Part shown: one piece after another, positions 51,003 through 63,193 of the stretch
How positions within the stretch are numbered: the stretch's first letter is position 1
Layout of the letters: each line of letters begins with the position of its first letter
DNA from: Vitrella brassicaformis CCMP3155
Lineage: Eukaryota > Protista > Chromerida
Direction of reading: 5' to 3'
DNA length: 64,000 nt
Assembly: GCA_001179505.1 (NCBI GenBank)
Contig: CDMY01000296.1
Span: forward strand, 1 to 64,000
The notes under the pieces: generated by a model
Seen by the model: only the letters and a program-made list of their open reading frames with translations
Databases searched by the model: none
Told to the model about the DNA's origin: nothing
Made by a program: the position numbers and the translations under genes

Positions 51003-54000
51003 TCACGCCCTTGCTCTCCTTTTCTCTTTCATCCGCTGAGTGCGGAAGTGATGCGAACACGCGCCATTAATACCGGCACTCGACGGGCTGTCCGGCGGTG
51101 TCACTGCATCCACCACATTATTGCCCGCCGTCGCCCTGGGAGACGACCCAGGCGACGAGGCCGACACATCCTGCGACCCGTCTGCCTCCTCTTTGTTGGC
51201 GTGGAGGTCCAAGACGGAAGGCGGCGCATCGATTTGGCTAAAAATGCCTTTGACGCGTCGAAGGGCGTCGAGCAGCGGGGCGTTGGTGAACAAGGCGGGA
51301 CTGGGAGAGAGAGAGAGAGAGAGAGACGAACAGGTGGGTGCCATGCGTGGCACGGCATGCACATTTGACTGAACCGGTGTCTGTCTTTCTTTTATCGTTC
51401 GTCTGTACCTACCGTGACACGGTGGGCACGGCAGTAAAGGGCCTGTCGCTCGTCACCTTCTCGCGATCGTCGTCATCTCCATCTTGCTGTTCGTCGTCAG
51501 CAGACGTCGACCGGGCCACCACCCTGCCTCCCACACTCGACCTAACCGACGCAGCACTGGGCGGCCGCCTCACGCCCCGCCTGCCTTGCATCACGGCCGC
51601 CGTCCTGTAGTACCGACCAAAGCCGCCCCCCAGTCTGGGAACCACGCCCCACTGCCCCACCCCCTCAACGTGCATCATCGACGGCGGTGCGCGGGACGGC
51701 AGGTCGGGCCGCGTGAGGGGCGTCGACGGCACCGTGGGGACGATCTTCGACCTTGGGGAGAAGCCCACTTGTGTGCGGCGGGATGAGGGCGGGAGGGAAG
51801 GGGTGGATATGGGGATGGGTGTGCGTGTGGTGGTCGAGCTGGGGCGGAGGAGGGGAGGGGACAGGGGGCGGGGGTATGCGCTCTCTGGGCGGCGAGTCAG
51901 ACGCGCACCTGAAGAACAAACAAGAGAGAGAGACACGGTCTTGATGCGTTTCGGACGTGTCTCACGGTTCGTGACATTCATTTACCAGGGACAGGTGGTG
52001 TGCCGATGGGCAGCCTGCAAGCCCCCTTGAGCGTGTCAGGAAATCGGGGCATCTCCACCCGCCGCCCCGCCCACCCCTCAGGCCACACGTCCACGTCATA
52101 GCCATACCCATAGCCCTCGTCATAGCCGACAGCCATGAACAGGGGCACCCCGAACTCCCCCTCGGCCTCATACATGTCCATCCACGGCCTGGGCTCCCGC
52201 AGCAGCACAGTGGGCATGTCGTCCGCATGAGGCCTTGACGGCTCCCGGTCATCCCTGGGCAGCTCCATTGGCGATGGCTGTGGTGGCACTGTTGCGCGTG
52301 AGAAGAGGGAGAGGAAGTGGGCGGCGGTGAATGTCAGCGTCTCGAGGTGGATGGCTGCTGAGACGAGCGACGCGGCCAGCTGCCTTCTGGTGGCGTTGAA
52401 AGTGTGGCTGAACGGGCCCTCTCGGAGCTGCGATGCGACGGCCTCCCTTAGGCCCTCTTTCATGGCTCCATTCAGCTCGTCGATTGCGGCGAGAATCCTC
52501 CACCCACGAGAGGCGAGGACTGAGATGCCGGCTAGAGCCGCCTCGGGCAGGGCAAGGTCGATGACGATGTTGGCTGATGGCGTGTCCTTCACCTGAGAGA
52601 TAAGTAAGGCACTGTCGAGAAGGGTGTTCATCTCTGTACAGAGATTCTCTTTTCACCGGCACATCAAGGAGGATTTTCAGCAGGTTGAGCAGGTGGCTGA
52701 GCGAATAGAAGAGCTGCACAAGGCCCTCCAGGAAGCGCCGCAGCAGGGCCTCCAGCCACACCTACAACCATCACACCACACCACACCACACCCATATCAG
52801 TGCCTCTATGGACCAAGCCAGCCAGTCAGCCGCGTTGCCGCGTTGCCGACCTTGATGTCGTCGCGCCTCCGAGTCCACTCGAGTACTCTCATGTCATCAT
52901 CGCCGTCAGCCCCCCAGTAGCCGAGAAAAGGGCCCAACGACACGTGTGTCTGCAGACTGGCAATGGCAGCCGCATCGGTGTCAAAGGTGAGAGACAAGGG
53001 CGAGGGAGGGGACATGGCATCAACATTCTCTCTCGAGGCTCGGTGCTGCAGCCCTTTCTCTGCCTTGGTACAGAGCTCATCCCTGAGCTGGTCGAATGAC
53101 CTCTGCAGCAGATACCGCCAGCCCTGCCGACCCACCTCCTGCCAATGTGCTGGTGGCCTTTGCGGGGCTCCCCCCTCAGCATGCCGGTGGTCGAATTGCG
53201 ATACGTGTGAAGTCACAGTGCCTTCCTTCAGCCACTCCTCAAGCCATGGCTCCAGCCACGGCTCCTCATCTGCACACACACATACAAGAGTGCGAAAGAC
53301 ACCATTTGCACTTCTCCCTCACTGACCATCTGGCGCACTGATAGTCCTTGAGCCGCCGATTGCGATGTCAGCCCTCTCCACCTCACCTTCGTCGATTCCC
53401 TCATCCCCCTTGGCCCACTCGAGATTCTTGGTGGACAGTGTGGCGTATTCAGCCATCATGCTTGTCACCGTCTCGCCCTTCCTGTAGGTCGTCAGGCTCT
53501 TGCGAGGGGACGCCGGGCGCCCAACATCGCCAGCGGCTTCTCCTTCTCCACTCTCCTCTTGGTCGAGTGTTTCTTCTATTTTGCCTTCTGCATCCATCTG
53601 GAAGGTCCTTTTGGACACAGTCACGCGTCTGGCAGGGATGTCCTGTGTCGTGTCTTCTCCTTCTCCTTCTTCTTCTTCTTCTTCTTCTTCGCCTCTTCCG
53701 GCCCCGCCTGCCGCAGGCCGCCCTCGTGTTGGTGTGCGTCTGCCCTCAGATTCGATACCCTTGTAAGCTTCTTCTCCTTCTGTTGGACCCCCTGGTGGTC
53801 GTTCTGGTGGCTCGCCTTCCTCTGCTTCGAAGCCCTCGTATTCTTCCTCTCGGCCTATGGGAGCCTCCGGTGCCTCCTCGAATGAGACAGAGAGCACGGC
53901 CGGTGCTGACGGGGATCGTGCAATAAATCCCCCAGTCTGGACTCCTCGATCTTCAAGAAGAGATACGGCCGATGCGTCACGCTGACCGTATGACACGGCG

Positions 54001-56557
54001 AGTGACGGCCGCTGCGTGTCGATGGACACCCGCTCTCTGCTCTTCTCAGGCTCTTGTCTCTCCTGGATGTTTGAGCATTGCCGCAGTACCTTGAGAAGTC
54101 TCTGCAGCTGCAGCACGTACTTCCTCGTATTGGCACATTTCATCCTCTTCCCTCTCGGTAGGGCCATCAGCAGCTGCCGCCATGTCGGCCTCCCCTCTCC
54201 CTCTGTCTCCGCCATCTCATCCTTGAAGCCTTGCGCCCCCTCGGCCATCAGCCGACTGAGAGAGATGGAGGCCCGATCGAGCTCCATTTCCCACTCGCTG
54301 ATCTGCCGCGACAGCTCTGCCGGGCTGGAGGCCCGGGTCTCCTCGTCTGAGCGTGCCAGCAGGCCCAACTGCACGTCGTCATAGGTTTGGTCGAGGAGGT
54401 CCTCTTCATCGGAAGATAGCCCCTCGTCTTCCTCTTCTTCCTCTGCTTCTTCCTCTTCGGGCGGCTGCTGCCGTCGAGTGGTTGGCTCCGGTGGTATGGC
54501 AGATGGGGCGGCGACGACAGAGAGGCGGTGTGGGGTGGCAGGGGGCGTCGCTGCTGCTATCGTGGCGCTCAACGGCACCCACTGTGTCAACAAGGGAGAC
54601 ACATCGGTGTTACGCGGACCTCTGTCGAGTCGGTCGGATGCAGCTTACCTCCTCTTCTTCTTGTTTCTCCTTTACCGTCTCCCGATCTTCAGCAGGGATC
54701 GGCCGAGACGCCAGCTGGTACTGGAGCTCCTCGAGCGCATGCTCTGTAAGAACAGGAGTGTGTGTGTGTGTGGATGTCAAGGGGGCGGGAAAACGGGAAG
54801 TTTGCCTGTCGGCTGGCTGCTTACCATTGTCTTGTATCCTTTTCAGCGCACTCGCCAGCTCAGCCCTGCAAAGAAGACAGGCCAAAGGCAGAGAGACAGA
54901 GAGACAGTTGGAAACGCGAAAGAACCATCTCGATTTTGTGTGGGTGACTATTCATTCCGTTCATCCATCCATCTATCTGTCCCTCTCTCTGCATGCGAAT
55001 TACTGCAGTCGGCTCGCCTCGGTTCTCGCCTGTTCTGTCTCGATGCGGCTTCCATCAAACATCAGACGCAGCCGGGCCACCTCTGACACGCATAAGACAA
55101 CAAATATCCAGCAATGCTCGATGGCTCACTGCCTGCCTGTCTGCCTGCCTGCCTACGTTCCGTCATCTCCATAGCCTGGGTATCGCTCGTCTCTTTGTCG
55201 GCCTTCAGGGCCCGGATCTGCCGGCCACGCCACAAAAGGCGCGGCGCACGCACAGACACGTCGGGTCGGTCACCATGTGTATGTTATGTGAGAGGCGCCC
55301 CCACACCTGGTCTCTAAATGAGTTGGCGATTTGTTGCTGGTTCTCGAGAGACACCAGCGCGCGCTCCAACTGCCCTGACTTGTCGGTGATGACGGCCTGC
55401 GCCGCATCGATCTCTCCCTGCAGCCGCTCTAGCCTGTCCTCAAACTGCTGCTTAATCTGCAGAGAAATGCCTTTCTTTGTCATCAGGGGATGGATGCAAC
55501 ACATACGGCTTTGTTTCCTTGTCCTTGCTCACCTGTTCCTCAAGTATTTTCAGTTCTTCTACTGCCTGTTCGTCCTCGGCGTAGAAGTCATTCTTGTCGA
55601 GCCTGTCCTTCGACAGCCACCGCACGTTGAACTCTGGAGCCTCGGCACCCAGGTAGCGAGACAGGAGAGACCGCAGGTAACACAACTCCTTCCAAAACCT
55701 GAAGGCAGCAGAGACGATTGAGAATCAATGTCAAGGGAGGTCGGACGGCTGGCTATAAGCAAATGCGTGTGCAGACCTGGTGCTTGCCTGGTGCGATACT
55801 TGTCGAGCATGCACTGGACGCCATGCAGTCTCCTGTCAGACAAATCCAGCTTCCTCTCTTTCTCCTCCACACTCCTCAGCAGCCGCTCCTCGCGCGTCAC
55901 CCGAACGATTGCCACATCGAGCTCATCGGGGGTGTGCAGTCGCGCTCCTTCCATATACCCCTTGAAGTTCCCCACGACTGTCGGTGTCGCCTCTTGCCCC
56001 TCTTGCCCCTCTTGCAACAGCTGGGGCACTGACGACGACTTGGTCAGAGCATCAGACGCGTGTGGCCCGACAGGCAGCGGCGGCAGGCCTTCATTCACAG
56101 CCGCTTCAGTGCCAGTGACAAAGAACACCGCGAGGTCGTGGAAGAGCACCCTCAAGGCGAGCTCGAAGTCCGTGGCGGGAGGGGGATGGAACGGCGGCGC
56201 CACTCGACGGAACAGCCTCCTCACCTCGCTCTTTGTCACATCCAAAAACCGCTTGTAGAGATCGAAGAGCTTGAGCCGGATCTCTCGTCGCTGCCGATCC
56301 CGATACAACTCATCAACCTCCTCGGCGTATAGGGCCTGGCGTGACAGGGGGTGCTGTGAGTGGGGCTGTGAAGTTGTGCGAAGCCTCCTTTTGCGTCTTG
56401 CAGGCCGATGGTCTGGTGACCGGCCGCCCGCAGACGTTGCAGTGGCACTGGCCGGGGACCAGTGCTCATCGGCGTCGGCTTGGCCTTCCCCCAGCGGCAC
56501 CTCCGAGGGATGTGCAGAAGGCTGGCGAGAGGAGTGGGAGTGCGAACTCGTCTCCAT
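51003..56557 (-). CDS. Large uncharacterised coiled-coil/acidic low-complexity protein
   Basis: Long exons (56557-55700, ~54590-53330, ~52600-51985, 51930-51420, ~51300-51003) joined by GT-AG introns where checked. Heptad-rich segments and poly-E tracts. No family recognised. Confidence 0.6.
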
Positions 56558-56871
56558 TCTGGCGCCGTGTTAAAACAAGCTGAAGCAAGGAAAGGAAACA
56601 GACAATGGGGCTTGAAAGGAAACGCTACCAGGACAAAACAACTTTGAACGAAGTCCACAACCGTTTTCCGCGCCCCCAGACGCCCCCACGGACGGAACGG
56701 AATCCGCAGCCGTCTTGTCGCGGCCGGCGCCTTTTCTCATCGATCCTCTCCCTGCTTTAGCTAGGAGACAGGGAGAGAGAGAAGTCTTCATGTCTGTGGG
56801 AAAATGCGTGTGTATGTGTGGATGTGCGTGTATTGTATGTTGGGAGAGACATGAGAGCAACAGAAACAAAG

Positions 56872-56925
<54 letters not shown>

Positions 56926-57217
56926 GGCTGCTGTGCAGTATGCACTACGTGTAGTATCACGGACGCACTCATCGGTAATCTCCACTATTATCGACAAGTC
57001 ACGATTGCATGCATGCAGGTCATGGACGCCTGTATTGCTCGTACACTACATATCACATTGGTGGATAACACCCATTTTCAGACAGACATCCACGAGTGAA
57101 TGAACGCTGCCTACCCATTGCTCACACACATAGATAAGTCGATCGATGCGTACGTGAATGCAGCTGGAGAGGGACTCGTGAATGGAATGGCGCCCATCAG
57201 CCAGCCCCTTCCCCAAC

Positions 57218-60200
57218 TCAGAAGTATTCCACCTTCCCTGATGGCGGCGGCGGCGGATTGGCGGCGGCACGACGAGCCAGCTTATCCATCTTGCGCTGTC
57301 TGCACAGACACAGAAAGACACACTGATCCTCCCGGATTTGCCTTTCCCCGCCTCATCCCACAATCTCACTTGATGTTCATCCAGTCATCCCGCAGGGTTA
57401 GCCTCAACCACACTTCATACGTCATCTGACTGACGCCCAGCAACCCCAACGCGCCAATGAGCAACGCCGCAGCGGCAGCGAACACCACAGACGGGAGGCC
57501 AGGGTGGGAACCCTTTGCGCCTCTCGGGGCAGCGCACAAATCAGCTACCAGGCTACGCGTGCGGGTGGCGAGGACCGCTAGAGGACAGCAAAAAACAATG
57601 AGAAATCTCAGCGTATGTCTGTGTCATGGTCGCTTAGTGGCTTACAGCATGACTTGAGTGCCTCGATGTCTCTTGCGGCCATGATGGGGCCGCCCAGTAT
57701 GCCGCTCGCGTGGTTGTTCAGCTTGGGCGCCAGCAGGTTGGTCAGGTCAGCAAACGCCGCGTACTGATTGATACATGCGGAGACACACGACCTTATTCGT
57801 TCGTCAATGGCCTCCATGTGCATCTCTGCCTGGTTGTCTTACCTCGCGATGCAGCAGGTTCATGGTCTGGTTGATCCACTCGAGCATCGTCGCATTGGTA
57901 TCATAGAAAATGCCATCCAGCAGGACCCTTAGGCTTGGCCAAGATGTGGCGTTCGTATCAACCGTCGCGTTGGCCGTCACATTCCCTCGCACCACCCCTA
58001 CCCCATTAGCCGACGTCCCATTCGACGTCCTATTGGTCGTGTTGCTTGCAGCAGCAGCAGCAGGAGGCGGACCCTCTGTCGTGGTGCTGATGCTTGGCCC
58101 ATCCGCAGTAGCATTCAATGCAGCCGTTGGGGCCATTTCCAGAGGTGTCGCATCGTCAGCTGACTCAGAGGTGTCAGCCGTAGCTGCTGCCATGTATTGC
58201 TGAATGAATTGCGTGTCGAGGGCGAAAGACCTGGCCGATGCGACTGGGAATGGGAAAGTGAGCAGCTGCTCCTTCAACCGCGCAACACGGAAGGCCTGAC
58301 AAAGGGTAGCAGAGGACATGTGAAAGGGTAGCAGAGGACATGTGAAGACGACACCCCCAGGGAGGATTGAAAGTGCGCCGACCTCTGCGATTGAAAGTGA
58401 CCCGTAGGAGGATAGAACCTGCATGCACGCCACGCGGAACCCGGCGCCATGGTATGGGCCTGTCTGTCTGTTATTCTGTCTGTGTCTCACTGCGCGTACC
58501 AAGTCTTCACTAGGGTATGTGGCTGTGATGTATCTGCAGCTCGACGCGGGATCGGCACACTCATGCCATGGTGGATCCAGGCCTGCACCCAGCCAACCAA
58601 TTAAGATGAATGAGAACACACCCTAGTGGCTGGCTGCCTGCAGCGGGGCCGCTTTCCGTTACGTTACGTACTTGTGAATGTCCATGGAGGCCTCTCCCGA
58701 TTGATTAGGAGGTTCAAGTGATACGTATACGTCCACAAACCAGGCAGCACTGCATTAATTAGAGACAGGAAGGACAGCAAACAAGCGACACCGTGTCCCG
58801 TATACCACGCTCCTCAATTGCTGCCTCATTGACTCACGCTCTCTCGCTTCGTCCTCCTGGCCCGCATACGCCGACGACGTGCGCATGACATCTGGGAGGA
58901 ATCCCTTGGCGTCGGTGTACGTGAATGTCTTGCCGTCCAGCGCTGCCGCATCCGTTGCGAGAGTCTCCAGGGCAGAGGGGTTCTGCTGAGTGGGCGGACG
59001 ACTCAGACGCGAGAGATCTATCTCACTAGAAAACTCCAGGGCTGCAGCAATGCCTAGCGCATGGTTGATGTTGCCGTCTCCAAGTATGCACTGAGACACA
59101 CACACATGCACCATGACATACGCAGAGAAATAGATCAGATGCTTCAGGGACTTGCATATCCTTCTCCACACCGTCTGGAGGATGTGCGACACATCGTCTT
59201 CTATCGGTATCCAGCCATCGGGGGAGATGTACCTCCCCCAATACTATCAAACAGACACACACAGGGGAGGAAAGGACCGGTCAGGTTCTCTTGTCGTCTG
59301 TTGCGTGAGTCCGTCATTACGTCGGTCGTGAGAACCCGCTCTTCCATGAGATAGCACACGTCGTCCAGGTGCATGGCCACCAGCACCAGCGCGCCACCCA
59401 GCATCAGCAAAAACGCGGTGAACGGACATGCCACCAGCCACAACACCGCAGACACAACAGCCAACCTTCCCTGTATGCTGCGCACCGACACACACAGAAG
59501 CAACGCACCATTCACTCACACGATGGATACCAATCCCCCACGACCACTGACCGTTTGTTGAGTGGGTCTTCGTCTCCCCGCAGTTTATCCTCTTTGTCGA
59601 TGCCCAGAAGCCGATTCAAGTCATCATCAGAGTCAGACCGTATGCCGATCCTCCCGCCACGCACAGCTCCCGGTGCCTTCCTTTTCTCACCAGCACCACC
59701 AGCGGTGCTGGCAATGCCGCTCTCGCAAATGGGGTAGACTCTGGGCACGGTCGATGAGCGAGGAGACACGTCGATGGCTGCTGCTGCGGTGTGCTGCTGC
59801 GGTGGCTGTTGTGGGTTGTCGAGTGCCCACGCCTCTTTTGGCTGTGACGGGAGGGATGTGGGGACGGAGAAGGGATGCTCAACACCGGCAAGCACCTCAA
59901 TGTCAGACTGCATCCGTCCTTGAAGCGAAAGAGTTGACTGTTATGTGTCCCTGTCTCACCGGTTGCCGGAAAAGGTATGTGAACAGGGCCGCCATGGCGA
60001 TGCACAGCAGACAGGCTGCCACTGATCAATCAACACCCACCAATGGAGAAAGATGTGCACTAGTGAGACAGCCACACCTTGTTAACCATTGTCTCATACC
60101 ACATGCCAGAGCAGCTGTGTAGAGGCCACACTCGAGGTGCCACGCACTCTGGAACACACACAGAAAGACCCCCTTCGTAAGCATATTTATGTCCATGTGC

Positions 60201-61558
60201 GTACTTTGTCGAATCGGTTCATGATTTTGTTGAATTGCTTTTCGAGGTCGCTGACGGCTGAGCCGACCACTGACTGACAGAGACACACAGACACAGACAC
60301 ACACATACACACACATACGCACACACAAGAATCCATCAAAGAGGATAGTGGCTGACATGAGCATGTTCAACGCGTTCTATGCTGTCGTCCAGGTGCAGCC
60401 GAGCCGCATTGGAGGGATGAATCGGATTGGTTAGGGAAGCAGATATCTCGAGACGTGTCGTTGATAACCGACCTGCAAACACACACCTACTCTCTTTGCA
60501 AATGTCGACTTGTGGCTGATTGACTGTCGATTGTCGACCTGCCCAGCCAGTGATGATGTCATTAGTGCGGAATGTGTCGAGTGTGTCCCATGCGCCGGTG
60601 CAGTAGGCGCAGTCATGCTCCTGGTACTTCTGGAACATCTCATAGATGCTTTTCAGGTCACTCGACGCATTGCTGAACACATCAACACCTGAATGCATTC
60701 ATTAGTGGATGAACGAACACATACAGGCAGGCAGGCAAGAAAGACTTGTCTCTATCCTGCCGCACCGTCAGTGATGTCCTGTGTCTCGTCGATCAGCTGC
60801 GGCAGTACACCCCTGCCGTCCCTTAAGGGTCGGTAGACGTCATGCAGCTTGGCCCACAGCTACATGAATCAACGAGACACACACAAAAAGCAGACAGACA
60901 GACAGACAGACAGAAAGACAGACTCGAAACCTCACGTCAGCCGCTGACTGCAACAGCATTACTCACTCAGTCACTCACTGGTTCCAGCCCAATCCACATG
61001 TGTGCGCCGCTACCGCTCAGCGTCACCTCGAACAACTCGCGCAAGTCGCACTCGATGTCGATGATCATATGCCCCCCGTTCACCGCCCAGAAGATACTCA
61101 GCATCGAGCACAGTAGGACAGTCACACCGAAGCCGACAAGCACCCCAATCGTCCGCAGCTTCTTGTATCGCCGCAGCACGTCCCTCCGCTTCAAGAAGCG
61201 ACATGGGCAGCACGGACAAGCCCTCCTGAACAGTAAAAACCAGAGCAAATCAGCACCGAATGCAGTCAGCAGTCACCCCGACTGCATGATACCAATGAAA
61301 AGAGCACGGCTTCAACATCAAGAAGCCGAGGTAATAGACGGCGAGCAAGACGCCCCCAAGCAGTGGGACGCTCCACGAGGCCAGGCTCGTCCCGTATGTG
61401 TTCCTGTCGAGCTTCAGCCTCCCCCCGTCCTGTTGCAGGTTGTTTGCGAAGGCCTGCCTGCCGAGCCGCATGTCCTGGACAGAAAAAGGAGCCCCGAGCG
61501 TCGGCAGGCCTGGCCATTTCAGCGGCTTGTCACGGCAGTAGTCGTCTAGCTTCACCAT
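57218..61558 (-). CDS. Five-transmembrane glycoprotein with Tweety/prominin-like topology
   Basis: TM1, Cys-rich loop (CPCCPC), TM2, large extracellular helical loop, TM3, cytoplasmic loop, TM4 ending HLDDVC, second large Cys/N-glycosylation-rich loop, TM5, and a short tail ending GKVEYF*. Confidence 0.6.
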
Positions 61559-61643
61559 CCTCTGGAGGGAGCTACGCCAGCCCCCCAGCCCCCAAGCTCG
61601 CCGCTAGTAAGCTCCCCCTTAAGTGACGCAGACCTTCAAGGCA

Positions 61644-62729
61644 ATGGAGACGTACAAGAAGATCCGCTGTTGCGGCGGCTGGGTGCACCGATGCAAGCAT
61701 GTGTCGAAGGTGCTTGGCAACCTCGAGATGAACTTCACCGTCTTCACGCCGGCGGCTGCGGCGGCGGGATCGCCCGTGCCGCAGATCTACTGGCTCAGCG
61801 GACTCACATGCACCGACGAGAACTTCACCACCAAAGCCGCTGCATTCAAGAAGGTAGTTATGTACACGAGATGACGCCACATCACATGGGGAGTGCATCT
61901 CTGCCTTTGTGTGTGCAGGCGAATGAGTGCGGTGTGGCGCTGGTGATCCCTGACACGTCGCCTCGTACGATGGATGCGTCAAAATCCAGCCCGAGGCCGT
62001 GGTGTGGATGTGCTGTTTGTGTTTTGGTGGTTCAGGTGGCGCCAAGATTCCCGGAGAGGACGACTCTTATGACTTCGGCTCGGGTACGAGATGAAAGGAC
62101 GTGACTGCTCTCTCGCCCTTGACCGCATCAATCGGTCCTGCCCCACTGCCTGCCTGCTGTAGGTGCGGGCTTCTACCTCAATGCAACCGCAGCACCCTGG
62201 TCCAAGAACTACCAGTAAGTGCGCACACACAGTGTTGCCGCCAGCATGCAATGCATGTATTTCTGCCGTTGTGTTTGTTTAGCATGTATGACTACATCGT
62301 GAGTGAGCTGCCGGCGCTGGTCAACGGCAACTTCCCCGTCAAGCCCGACAAAGTCGCCATCATGGGACACTCAATGGGAGGTGAGTTAGTGGCAGGTTCT
62401 GTCCGTCCATCATGGACTTGTCCGCCTTCACCCTTGCTGCTTGTGTGCAGGTCACGGCGCCCTCACTATTGCCCTCAAGAACCCCGACAAATACAAGGTG
62501 GTCACCATTAATGCATTCACACATCGAACGACCGACGCCCATGTGCTGTGCGGCCCTGTCGTCCGGTCCGTGAGTGTCTATAGAGTGCGTCGGCATTTTC
62601 GCCCATCTGCAACCCCATCAACTGTCCCTGGGGCCAGAAGGCCTTCAAGGGCTACCTGGGAGACGATACCGACGCCTGGAAGGTATGTGTGTGTGTGTGT
62701 GGCTCGCAGGACTGGAAAGATCTGATGGA

Positions 62730-62764
<35 letters not shown>

Positions 62765-63193
62765 TCGTTTCGTTCAGATGTACGATGCTGTTGAGTTGGT
62801 CAAGGGCTACTCTGGCCCCGACCTCCACTTGCTCGTTGACCAGGTTGGTCAGCTACGCCTCCACACACACACACACACACACACAAACGAAGAACGGACC
62901 GCATAGCACAGATCTGTACATATTGATGTGTTCCTGTCTGTTATCGCAGGGCGATGCCGATGAGTTCCTGCAGGAGCAGCTGAAACCCGAAGCACTGCAG
63001 GTGAGGTGGGCACACAGACAGAACAGACAGAAGGGGTGCACTGTGTGTGTGTGTGTGTGCGCAGGCCGCGTGCCTTGCTACGAAGGGTCTGTCGCTGACG
63101 CTGCGGATGCAGGAGGGCTACGACCACAGCTACTTCTTCATCTCGACCTTCATCGACGACCACATCCAGCACCACGCACACCACCTCAATTAA
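61644..63193 (+). CDS. ESD: S-formylglutathione hydrolase (esterase D)
   Basis: [33 protein letters not shown], catalytic [30 protein letters not shown]. Confidence 0.97.

Noticed and set aside
53649-53697. (TTC)n trinucleotide tract
   Set aside because: It simply encodes a poly-Glu segment of the coiled-coil gene.
56948-56962. U2 snRNA (GTGTAGTA)
   Set aside because: Flanks do not match U2 stem I or the U6-pairing region.
57005-57016. TGCATGCA (ApiAP2-type) motifs
   Set aside because: GCAT-rich simple sequence is widespread in introns and UTRs here, with no clear promoter bias.
58301-58344. Exact 22-bp tandem duplication that could frameshift the 5TM gene
   Set aside because: It lies within a stop-free 57-nt stretch (58296-58352) that works either as a short intron or as in-frame coding, so no disruption can be claimed.
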